Below, piece after piece: positions 1-8,114 of a stretch of 64,000 nt of DNA. The stretch comes from Pseudomonadota bacterium. Lineage in GTDB: Bacteria > Myxococcota > Myxococcia > Myxococcales > Myxococcaceae. The first letter of the stretch is position 1; every line of letters begins with the position of its first letter. A program made the translations under genes and the position numbers. The notes below the pieces were generated by a model. The model worked only from the letters and a program-made list of their open reading frames with translations. It was not told the DNA's origin and made no database searches. Location of the stretch: NCBI GenBank assembly GCA_023423535.1, contig JAFAFL010000097.1, positions 1 to 64,000 of the forward strand, in the 5' to 3' direction.

Positions 1-115
1 AAGCGCCCGGTCGGTCACCCAAGCGCCCGGTCGGTCACCCAAGCGCGTCGGTCGGTCACCCAAGCGCGTCGGTCGGTCACCCAAGCGCCCGGTCGCACAC
101 ACCTCGTGCGCGCCG
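1..115. repeat. Short tandem repeat array: 2 x 20-mer aagcgcccggtcggtcaccc followed by 2 x 21-mer aagcgcgtcggtcggtcaccc, then degenerate copies
   Basis: Direct reading; units abut without spacers. Confidence 0.85.
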
Positions 116-230
116 GTCGGTCACCTCGTACGCGTCGGTCGTGCAGGTCGGCCACTCCGTCTGCTGGTCGTTGCCTCGTGCGTACCTGCGGAGACCTCGC
201 TTGCGCGAAACTGGGTGACGGCGCTGCGCG

Positions 231-599
231 GTGCGTTTCTTGACGGATCCTGGACCCGGGCGAGACTCGTTCGCCATCCGCTACAGGCGCGTTGCGGCCT
301 GTGGCGCGCGGGAGGGGAACGTGACCGACGAGCTGAATTTCGACATCGACATCGACCTCATCGAGCTGCGCACCCGGACCGAGCCCACCGTGGCGCGGCG
401 CGACGGTCGCGGCGACATGAACGGCCTGCGCGAGGCCATGCACTTCGCCTGGCGCCCCGCAGGGTCGATGTCTCTCGGCGACCGCTGGCTGCGCGCCGGA
501 ACGCCGGAGGAGGAGCAGTCCAATCCTCATCGCCCGCTCGCGCCGCCGAAGCCGCCCGCCCTCCCGGCCGGGCTGACCCGCCGTCGTATTCGCCGCTGA
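231..599 (+). CDS. Hypothetical small protein (122 aa); start uncertain
   Basis: ORF with strong GC third-position bias from about nt 320 onward; no recognisable family. Confidence 0.3.
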   Translation: MRFLTDPGPGRDSFAIRYRRVAACGAREGNVTDELNFDIDIDLIELRTRTEPTVARRDGRGDMNGLREAMHFAWRPAGSMSLGDRWLRAGTPEEEQSNPHRPLAPPKPPALPAGLTRRRIRR

Positions 600-659
600 A
601 CGGCCCGACGCCCGGCGCTGAGCGGCCGACGCACGCAACGCTGACCGTTGCCGCGTCAC

Positions 660-1135
660 GCTAACCGTCCATGCACTCCACGCTGGCCGCCGATGCGCGC
701 CACGTCACCGCCGTGCGCGACGATGTCGCCGATGCACACGTGCTGGTCGTGGATTCACGCGACGCTGATCGTCGATTCACGCGACGTTGACCGCCGTGCG
801 CGACGCGGACCGGCCATGCACGCCACGTTGACCGCCGATTCACGCAACGCGGACCGGACATGCGCGCGACGCGGACCGGAGCGCGCGCGACGCCGACCGG
901 ACATGCGCGCGACGCCGACCGGACATGCGCGCGATGCCGACCGGACATGCGCGCGAGGCCGACCGGACATGCACGCGAGGCTGACCGGACATGCACGCGA
1001 CGCTGACCGGACATGCGCGCGACGCTGACCGGACCGCGCGCGACGCTGACCGGACCGCGCTCGACGCTGACCGGACCGCGCTCGATGCCGACCGGACATG
1101 CACGCGACGCTGACCACGCACCCCGAACGCGCGAA
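660..1135. repeat. Degenerate tandem array of a ~22-bp unit (consensus about cgaccggacatgcgcgcgacgc); around 12 near-perfect copies in 880-1110 preceded by diverged copies
   Basis: Direct reading; no spacers so not CRISPR; the ORFs predicted over it are repeat-driven artefacts. Confidence 0.85.
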
Positions 1136-1170
1136 GCGGGCCCGGACAGCGCTCGCTGACGGCGCGGCGG

Positions 1171-2658
1171 CTACCCGATGATCATGTTCTCCCGCTCGAG
1201 CCGGCCCTCGGCGAAGCGGCCGAGGCTGAAGCGGGTGAAGAGCTCGTCCTGGGTGTCGGTCATCATCCACGCCGCCATGCGCTCGGCGACGGCGGGGGCC
1301 ATCATGAAGCCGTGGCCCACGAAGCCGGACATCTGCAGGAGGTTCTCGAGGCCCGGCGTCCGCCCGAGGATCGGGCTGTTGTCCGGGGTCACGTCGTAGC
1401 AACCGGCCCACTGGCGCAGGACCTTGATCCGGCCCACCTGCGGCAACTGCTCGGTGAGCGCGCGCGCGTACCTCGACAGGAAGCGAAGCGTGGAGCCCAT
1501 GTTCAGGCCCGCCGGCTCGCGCGGGTCGCCCATGCCGCCGACGATCTCGCCGCGCATGGACTGGCTGAAGTAGAGGCCCGAGTCGAGCACCGACACCAGC
1601 GGCCCGAGGAACGGCTTCAAGGGCTCGGTGCTGCAGATTTCGTGGCGGTGCGGCTCGTTGGGCAGGGACACGCCCGCCTTCGCCGCGACCTCCGGGCTCC
1701 ACGCGCCGGACGCGAGCACCACGGTGTCGCACTCCACTTCGCCGCTGTCCGTCTTCACCTTGCGGATCATCCCGCCGGAGATGTCGAAGCCTACGACCTC
1801 GGTGAATGTCTCCACCCGGATGCCACGCTTCGCGCAGCTCTGCGCGTAACCCCAGAGGAACGGCCAGGGGAAGATGACGCCGTCCTCGGGATTCCAGGCG
1901 CAGACCTGCACGTCCTTCAGCGTGAGTTCGGGGACGATGTCCCGCGCCGCGTCGGGCGTGAGCAACTGCGTGGGGACGCCGTGCGCGTTGTGCAGCTTCG
2001 CCGAGGCCTCGAGCTGCTTCGCGATCCGCTCGCTCCGCGCGAGGAACAGGTAGCCGCCCTGGCGCAGCCACACGTTGATCCCCATGTCCTTCGCGAAAGC
2101 CTTCATCAGGTCGATGGACCTGCGCGCCAGCGCCACGTTCGTCGCGGTGCCCCACTGCATGCGCACGCCGCCGCCGTTGCGTCCGGACGCACCCGCCAGC
2201 AGGTAGCCGCGCTCGAGCACCAGCACGTCGCTCTCGCCGCGCAGCCCGAGGTTGTGCGCCAGCGCCAGCCCCATGATCCCGCCGCCGACGATGACGATCT
2301 TCGCGCGGCGAGGGAGTGGCTCTTTCGACCGCAGCTCAGGCGTCGCCGCGTCCAGTCCCGGCGGCGTCCCGCCGATGGGCGGCTTCGACTCGTCCACCGG
2401 CTCGGTCGCGAGCACGGAGAGCTCCGTCGGGTAGAGCGGGGTGCGAGGGGTGAACGCGTGGACCGCCTTCGGCTCGCGCACGCCGCTCTGGTGCAGCAGC
2501 CGCCCAATCGCCGCCATGCACGACTTGCCCTGGCAGATGCCGGTGCCGAAACCGGTGTACCGCTTGATGGACTCGATGTCCGTGAAGCCGCGCTCGATCG
2601 CGTGCTTCACGTCCGCCGCGGTCACGTCTTCACAGGCACAGACGATGGCGCGGTTCAT
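1171..2658 (-). CDS. FAD-dependent oxidoreductase (DAO family) with an N-terminal BFD-like [2Fe-2S] domain; HcnC / sarcosine-oxidase-beta / archaeal-type proline dehydrogenase-like subunit
   Basis: N-terminal C-x-C...C-x-G-K-x-C BFD-like motif; GxGxxG FAD fold KIVIVGGGIMGLALAHNL; 4-bp overlap with upstream partner. Confidence 0.7.
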   Translation of the reverse strand: MNRAIVCACEDVTAADVKHAIERGFTDIESIKRYTGFGTGICQGKSCMAAIGRLLHQSGVREPKAVHAFTPRTPLYPTELSVLATEPVDESKPPIGGTPPGLDAATPELRSKEPLPRRAKIVIVGGGIMGLALAHNLGLRGESDVLVLERGYLLAGASGRNGGGVRMQWGTATNVALARRSIDLMKAFAKDMGINVWLRQGGYLFLARSERIAKQLEASAKLHNAHGVPTQLLTPDAARDIVPELTLKDVQVCAWNPEDGVIFPWPFLWGYAQSCAKRGIRVETFTEVVGFDISGGMIRKVKTDSGEVECDTVVLASGAWSPEVAAKAGVSLPNEPHRHEICSTEPLKPFLGPLVSVLDSGLYFSQSMRGEIVGGMGDPREPAGLNMGSTLRFLSRYARALTEQLPQVGRIKVLRQWAGCYDVTPDNSPILGRTPGLENLLQMSGFVGHGFMMAPAVAERMAAWMMTDTQDELFTRFSLGRFAEGRLERENMIIG

Positions 2659-4034
2659 CGTGCGCTCTCCTGCGCCTTCAGCTCGAGAGCGGCACGCGCC
2701 ACCGCTCGACCGGCCCGCGCTCCGGAATCCGCCGCCGCGCCGGCGCTCCCTCCGCCCACCAGATCTCCCGCCACGAACACGTCCTCCGCCGCCGTGCGGC
2801 CCTCCGCATCCGCGACGACCACGAAGGTCTCGCGCGCGGGATCGAAAAGGACCTCCGCACCGCCCTGGCGCGCGAGCTCATACGCCGGCGAGGGCGGCAG
2901 GCACACCGCCACCGCGTCGCAGTCCGTGCGGTGTTTCTTGCCCTTCGCGTCTCGCCAGCTGAGGCCCTTCACCTCGGTCCGCCCGTGCACGGTGAGCGGC
3001 TCGGCGCCGCGATCCACGAGCACCTCCGCCTTCACCTCCGCGCCCGCAGCGACGAGCAGGCGACGCTGATTCGCTACCCACTCTTCCGTTCCCACGAGCG
3101 CGAACTTCGTCCCCGGCAAGTTCGCCTCGCGCCGCACGAGCCTCGCCACCGCTCGCCCCGCCATCACGCCCGGCACGTCGTTGTTGTCGAAGGGCCACAG
3201 CGCCGCGTGCCCGCCGTTCGCGAGGAGGAAGCGCTCCGCGTACACCTTCAACAGCCGCGGGCCACGGCCGGCATCTCCGCCACCGAACGACACCGCCGCG
3301 AGGTAGCGCCCCTCCGCATCCGAGAAGAGGCCGATGACCACCGTCTTCAGCCGCAGCGACTCGGCGGGCAGCGATGCGGTGAACGCGGTGACGGGCGGAT
3401 CCTTCTCCGCCGGCGCGTCGTCGAGCAGCCGGCCACCGGGCGTCTCCTCGCGATCGATCAGCAGGAACTTCACGCCCGCGTTCACCAGCTCCCGCGCAGC
3501 GGCAAGGCCTGCGGGTCCTGCGCCCATCACGACCACCGGCACCTTCACGGTCTCCCGCGGCGCTCGCTCGGGCGGCAAGGCGTCGGGCAGCTCGCCGAGC
3601 CCCGCCAGGTGCCGCGCCACGCGCGCCATGACCTTCTCCGCCACCGGCACGCCCGCAAACATCTCGTGGTGGTCGAGCCCCTTCGGGAAGAGCCAGTCGA
3701 TGGCCCCGAACACGTCGTGCTTCACCGACGGGTAGGCGTTCTGGCGCTCCACCCTCATGCCCGCGGTGATCTTCGTGCGGCAGGTGAAGACGTTGGGCAC
3801 GCCGTTCACGCGCATGAGGCACTGCGAGCACGCCGCGCTCATGCACCAGGGACCTCGCGGCCGGTGGTACTTCACCGAGCGGGAGAAGACGGTCTCACCC
3901 GCTGCGAGGAGGGCCGACGCGATCGACTCGCCCTCCTTCGCGGGGAGCGCGGTCCCTTCGAAATCGAACTGCACGGTGCGGGGGGGCACATCGAGGCGGG
4001 GCATGCGGCGGCGGAACCTATGCGAGGCCCTCAC
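2655..4034 (-). CDS. HcnA/HcnB-like fusion: sarcosine-oxidase-alpha-type 2Fe-2S N-domain plus FAD/NAD(P)-binding oxidoreductase
   Basis: Cys-rich N-domain (CMSAACSQC...FTCRT); dinucleotide fold VVVMGAGPAGLAAAREL; start may be the internal M at aa 11. Confidence 0.65.
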   Translation of the reverse strand: MRASHRFRRRMPRLDVPPRTVQFDFEGTALPAKEGESIASALLAAGETVFSRSVKYHRPRGPWCMSAACSQCLMRVNGVPNVFTCRTKITAGMRVERQNAYPSVKHDVFGAIDWLFPKGLDHHEMFAGVPVAEKVMARVARHLAGLGELPDALPPERAPRETVKVPVVVMGAGPAGLAAARELVNAGVKFLLIDREETPGGRLLDDAPAEKDPPVTAFTASLPAESLRLKTVVIGLFSDAEGRYLAAVSFGGGDAGRGPRLLKVYAERFLLANGGHAALWPFDNNDVPGVMAGRAVARLVRREANLPGTKFALVGTEEWVANQRRLLVAAGAEVKAEVLVDRGAEPLTVHGRTEVKGLSWRDAKGKKHRTDCDAVAVCLPPSPAYELARQGGAEVLFDPARETFVVVADAEGRTAAEDVFVAGDLVGGGSAGAAADSGARAGRAVARAALELKAQESAR

Positions 4035-4089
4035 GGGCCGCTACTGCCGAGCCTTGCCCCCGGACGCCGGACGGGTAGGGTGCGCGCCC

Positions 4090-5727
4090 ATGAGAGACGC
4101 CAACCTCCGCATCCCCCAGCCCGCCAACGAGCCGATCCTCGCCTACGCCCCCGGCTCGACGGAGCGCGCGCAGCTGAAGGCGCAGCTGACGAAGATGGCC
4201 GGCGAGCAGCTCGACATCCCGCTCTTCATCGGCGGAAAGGAGATCCGGACCTCACGCACCTCGAACGTGAAGATGCCGCACGCGCACCGGCACGTGCTGG
4301 CGAAGTACAGCCTCGCGGACGCGGAGCACGTGACCCAGGCGATCGACGCTGCGCTGAAGGCGAAGCGCGACTGGTCGAACATGCGCTTTCACGACCGCGC
4401 GGCGATCTTCCTGCGCGCGGCGGATCTGCTCGCCACCCGCGTGCGCCCGGTGCTCAACGCGGCGACGATGCTCGGTCAGTCGAAGACCGCGTTCCAAGCG
4501 GAGATCGACTCGGCCTGCGAGCTCATCGACTTCCTCCGCTGGAACGTCCACTTCGCGGACAAGCTCCTCGCCGAGCAGCCCCACTCGCCGGCGCTGACCT
4601 GGAACCAGATGGACTACCGGCCGCTCGACGGGTTCGTGTACGCGATCTCGCCGTTCAACTTCACCGCCATCGGCGGGAACCTGCCCACCGCGCCGGCGCT
4701 GATGGGCAACACGGTGGTGTGGAAGCCCGCGCAGACCGCCACCTTCTCCAACTGGCTCATCCTCGAGATCCTCCGCGAGGCCGGCCTGCCGGATGGGGTG
4801 ATCAACTTCGTGCAGGGTGATCCTTCGACCGTGTCGAACACGATCATCGCGCACCCGGATCTGGGCGGCATCCACTTCACCGGCTCCACCTCCGTGTTCC
4901 AGATGATGTGGCGGCAGGTGGGCGAGAACATCTCCCGCTACCGTCAGTACCCGCGGCTGGTGGGCGAGACCGGCGGCAAGGACTTCGTCTTCGCGCACCC
5001 GTCCGCGAAGGACGACATCGACGCGCTGGCGGTGGCGCTCGGGCGCGGCGCGTTCGAGTACCAGGGCCAGAAGTGCTCGGCGGCGTCGCGCGCGTACATC
5101 CCCGCGAGCCTCTGGCCCCAGCTGCGCGACCGGCTGGTGGGCCTCATCGGCGAGATCAAGATGGGCGATGTGCGCGACTTCCGGAACTTCATGGGCGCGG
5201 TGATCGACGAGAAGGCGTTCGACAAGCACATGGGCTACTTCGCCGCGGCGAAGAGCGATCCCTCGATGAAGATCCTCACCGGCGGCGAGGGCGACAAGCG
5301 CGAGGGCTTCTTCGTGCAGCCCACGCTGATCGAGTCCTCCGACCCGAAGAGCCGGCTCATGTGCGAGGAGGCCTTCGGGCCCATCCTCACCGTGCACGTG
5401 TACGAGGACGCGCGCTACGAGGAGGCGCTGAAGCTGTGCGACGAGTCCACGCCCTACGCGCTCACCGGCGCCTTCTTCGCCCGCGACCGCGCGGCGATCG
5501 TCAAGGCCAGCGAGGCGCTCCGGCACGCGGCGGGCAACTTCTACATCAACGACAAGCCCACCGGCGCCGTGGTGGGGCAGCAGCCCTTCGGTGGCTCGCG
5601 CGCGTCGGGCACCAACGACAAGGCCGGCAGCGCGTGGAACCTCATGCGCTGGGTCTCGCCGAGGGCGATCAAGGAGACCTTCGTCCCGCCCACGCAGCTG
5701 GGCTACCCGTTCATGGGTGAAGAGTAG
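4090..5727 (+). CDS. pruA: L-glutamate gamma-semialdehyde (1-pyrroline-5-carboxylate) dehydrogenase
   Basis: Aldehyde dehydrogenase fold with catalytic EYQGQKCSA and FTGST motifs; P5CDH-like length (546 aa); ATG at 4090 chosen by homology extent. Confidence 0.8.
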   Translation: MRDANLRIPQPANEPILAYAPGSTERAQLKAQLTKMAGEQLDIPLFIGGKEIRTSRTSNVKMPHAHRHVLAKYSLADAEHVTQAIDAALKAKRDWSNMRFHDRAAIFLRAADLLATRVRPVLNAATMLGQSKTAFQAEIDSACELIDFLRWNVHFADKLLAEQPHSPALTWNQMDYRPLDGFVYAISPFNFTAIGGNLPTAPALMGNTVVWKPAQTATFSNWLILEILREAGLPDGVINFVQGDPSTVSNTIIAHPDLGGIHFTGSTSVFQMMWRQVGENISRYRQYPRLVGETGGKDFVFAHPSAKDDIDALAVALGRGAFEYQGQKCSAASRAYIPASLWPQLRDRLVGLIGEIKMGDVRDFRNFMGAVIDEKAFDKHMGYFAAAKSDPSMKILTGGEGDKREGFFVQPTLIESSDPKSRLMCEEAFGPILTVHVYEDARYEEALKLCDESTPYALTGAFFARDRAAIVKASEALRHAAGNFYINDKPTGAVVGQQPFGGSRASGTNDKAGSAWNLMRWVSPRAIKETFVPPTQLGYPFMGEE

Positions 5728-5892
5728 GGGACCACGCGGCAGGGCAGGGTCCGCAGAGGGAGACGGCGGGTCCAGGAGTTGGACCGCGCCAGCGCTGAGG
5801 CACTTGGAATCATTGACCTTTTGTGGTGGCGGCGCCCGTGCAGGGCGCCTGGTCGCGAGGCCCTCGCGCCTCGCGTCACCCCTGAGGTCCAC

Positions 5893-7113
5893 ATGTTCTC
5901 CGCTCCCCGCGTCGCGGCCGTTCTCCTGCTGACCCTGACCCTCTTTGCGTGCGGGGACAACGAGCGTCCACCGCCTCCGCCTCAGTACGACCCCTACAAC
6001 CCGCCCCCGGGGACCGGAGGAACACAGGGCGGTGGCGGCTCGAATCCGGTTCGCGATGCCGGGTCCGGCGTGAACGATCAGCGGGATGCTGGCGCCTGCA
6101 CTCCTTCCTGTTGGGGTCGCACCTGTGGGCCGGACGGCTGCGGCGGCTCGTGTGGCACGTGTGCACCGAACCAGGCCTGCTCCAGCGAAGGTCAGTGCGC
6201 CTGCGTCCCCAACTGCGCGGGCAAGCAGTGCGGCTCGGATGGCTGCGGCGGCTCCTGTGGCACGTGTGGACCCAACCAGGCATGTACGAGCGCCAACCAG
6301 TGCGTGTGTGTCCCCCAGTGCAACGGCAAGCAGTGCGGTTCGGACGGCTGCGGTGGCTCGTGCGGGGCGTGTGGACCGAATCAGGCCTGCAGCGGCGCGA
6401 ACCAGTGCGTGTGCGTCCCCAACTGCGCGGGCAAGCAGTGCGGCTCGGATGGCTGCGGCGGCTCCTGTGGGACGTGCGCCACGAACCAGGCGTGCAGCAA
6501 CGCCAACCAGTGCGTCTGCGTTCCCCAGTGCAACGGCAAGAGCTGCGGTCCGGACGGGTGTGGCGGGCAGTGCGGCACCTGTCCCCCCAACTCCACCTGC
6601 AACGGCAGCGGGACCGGCTGCACATGCCTGCCCGGGTACGTGCCCAACCCGCAGGGCACCGGATGTCTCAAGGTCGGCGGCGCCTGTGGGGGCGTCAGCC
6701 AGTACGGCTACTGCAGCGGTGACAGCTGGGTGCGGTGCGACGCGACGGCGGGCATCGTGGTCATGCCGTGCGGCGCCGGTCAGTGCAGGACGATCAACGC
6801 CCAGGGCGAAGGCGCCTGCCGGTGCGGGGGCGTCACCCAGAGCGGTGTCTGCGCCGCTGCGGACGGGACACAGGGAAACACCTCGCTGTTCTGGTGTGCC
6901 ACGGCCTTCGACATCCTCGTGGCCACCAACTGCAAGCAGGAGACGGGATCCTCGGCGGGCTTCTGCTCGACCTTCGTGACCTCCTTCGGCTGGGAGAACC
7001 AGTGCTACTGCAACACCTGCTCGTACCAGCTGGGCAACACCTGCCAACCCCTGTGCAGCGGGAGCTCCACGTGCAGCTACAACGCGCCGGGGAACTTCCA
7101 CACGTGCAACTAG
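5893..7113 (+). CDS. Lipoprotein composed of six tandem ~40-aa cysteine-rich repeats (Myxococcales-type Cys-rich repeat) plus a C-terminal Cys-rich domain
   Basis: Signal peptide with lipobox LTLFAC; repeated CGxDGCGGSCGTCxxNQACSxxxQCxCVPxCxGKQ units. Confidence 0.75.
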   Translation: MFSAPRVAAVLLLTLTLFACGDNERPPPPPQYDPYNPPPGTGGTQGGGGSNPVRDAGSGVNDQRDAGACTPSCWGRTCGPDGCGGSCGTCAPNQACSSEGQCACVPNCAGKQCGSDGCGGSCGTCGPNQACTSANQCVCVPQCNGKQCGSDGCGGSCGACGPNQACSGANQCVCVPNCAGKQCGSDGCGGSCGTCATNQACSNANQCVCVPQCNGKSCGPDGCGGQCGTCPPNSTCNGSGTGCTCLPGYVPNPQGTGCLKVGGACGGVSQYGYCSGDSWVRCDATAGIVVMPCGAGQCRTINAQGEGACRCGGVTQSGVCAAADGTQGNTSLFWCATAFDILVATNCKQETGSSAGFCSTFVTSFGWENQCYCNTCSYQLGNTCQPLCSGSSTCSYNAPGNFHTCN

Positions 7114-7165
7114 CCAGCGCCACGAGCGCCTCAGAGCGAGCGGGCAGGGTCATTCACCGCCCACG

Positions 7166-7990
7166 TTGCCGCACCCGCCCTCCGCGTGGTCCACTTCGCG
7201 CGTGGCCACCTTCCTCGCGCTGGCGTTCGCGTTCCCGACCGTGATCTTCACCACGCTCCTGCTGGTGATGCTCGGGTACTGGGCCCTGGTGCTCCTCGGC
7301 GGAGGGCTCTTCGGCGCGGACGGTGCGTTCGAGGCGAAGGCCTCCGCGCTCGAGGGCGCAATGGGCGCAAAGGAGGGCGCGCTCGAAGCGGCGGTGGGCG
7401 CGAAGGCCGGTGCGCTGGAGGCGGCAGTCGGCGCGAAGGAGGGCATGCTCGCGTGGCTCGGCTTCGGCAGCGTGCCTGCCTCGGTGGTGCTCACCGCGCT
7501 GGTGGGCTGGGCCTGGACCTTCTCCATGATCGGCTCGGCGACGCTCGGCCCCACGCTGGGCGGCTGGATGCCGGCGTGGATGCTCAACGGGGCGTTGGCG
7601 CTCCTCTCGCTCACGCTCGGCCTGCTGCTCGCCGGCATCAGCGCGAAGCCGCTCAAGCCGCTCTTCACCCTCCGCGCGGCGCCCACGCGGAGGCAGTTGC
7701 TGGGCAAGGTCGCCACGGTGGCCACGAGCCGGGTGGACGGCACCGGCCGCATGGGCCAGGTCACGCTGGAGGACGGCGAGGCCGGCTTCCTCCTCTCCGT
7801 CTTCTGCGCGAAGGACAACGCGCTGAAGAAGGGCGACCGGGTGCTCTTGCTCGAGTACGACGACGTCAAAGAGGCCTACGAGGTCGAGCCGGTCGAGTGG
7901 CTGCTCCCCGAGGAGCTCTCCCGCCTCGACAACCCTCTCGCCGCCGAGGCCATCGCGCGCGCGCACCTGAAGCAGCGCGTGGACGCCTAG
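7166..7990 (+). CDS. YqiJ/NfeD-like inner-membrane protein (flotillin partner) with internal Ala/Gly-rich 9-aa repeats and a C-terminal OB-fold
   Basis: TM segments; five copies of GAKEGALEAAV; NfeD-like C-terminus (GDRVLLLEYDD...YEVEPV); directly upstream of a flotillin gene as in yqiJ-yqiK/yuaF-floT. Confidence 0.55.
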   Translation: MPHPPSAWSTSRVATFLALAFAFPTVIFTTLLLVMLGYWALVLLGGGLFGADGAFEAKASALEGAMGAKEGALEAAVGAKAGALEAAVGAKEGMLAWLGFGSVPASVVLTALVGWAWTFSMIGSATLGPTLGGWMPAWMLNGALALLSLTLGLLLAGISAKPLKPLFTLRAAPTRRQLLGKVATVATSRVDGTGRMGQVTLEDGEAGFLLSVFCAKDNALKKGDRVLLLEYDDVKEAYEVEPVEWLLPEELSRLDNPLAAEAIARAHLKQRVDA

Positions 7991-8114
7991 CTTCCTGCCT
8001 GGCCGCCCATTGAATCTGCGCAGTCCGGCTTGATACGAAGCGGACACTTTTTTGCCTCTCCGCAGTCCCCGTTTTCTCAGTCCTCGCAGTCACTCCCCCA
8101 GGAGCTTCACGCAC

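Noticed and set aside
15-1121. Long ORFs (214 aa, 149 aa, 126 aa, 117 aa, 93 aa) overlapping the tandem repeat arrays
   Set aside because: They are generated by the periodicity of the 20-22 bp repeats (repetitive Arg/Ala/Thr peptides), lack frame-specific GC3 bias, and mutually overlap on both strands.
660-1135. CRISPR array
   Set aside because: Repeat units are directly adjacent with no unique spacers, units are only ~22 bp and degenerate, and no cas genes are nearby.
4252-7101. 949-aa antisense ORF opposite pruA and the Cys-rich lipoprotein gene (and similar long antisense ORFs at 7866-9728, 10152-13277, 13401-15158, 60443-62824)
   Set aside because: Typical stop-codon-poor antisense frames of >70% GC DNA. 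They have Arg/Ala/Gly-rich low-complexity translations and no motifs, and are fully explained by strong sense-strand genes.
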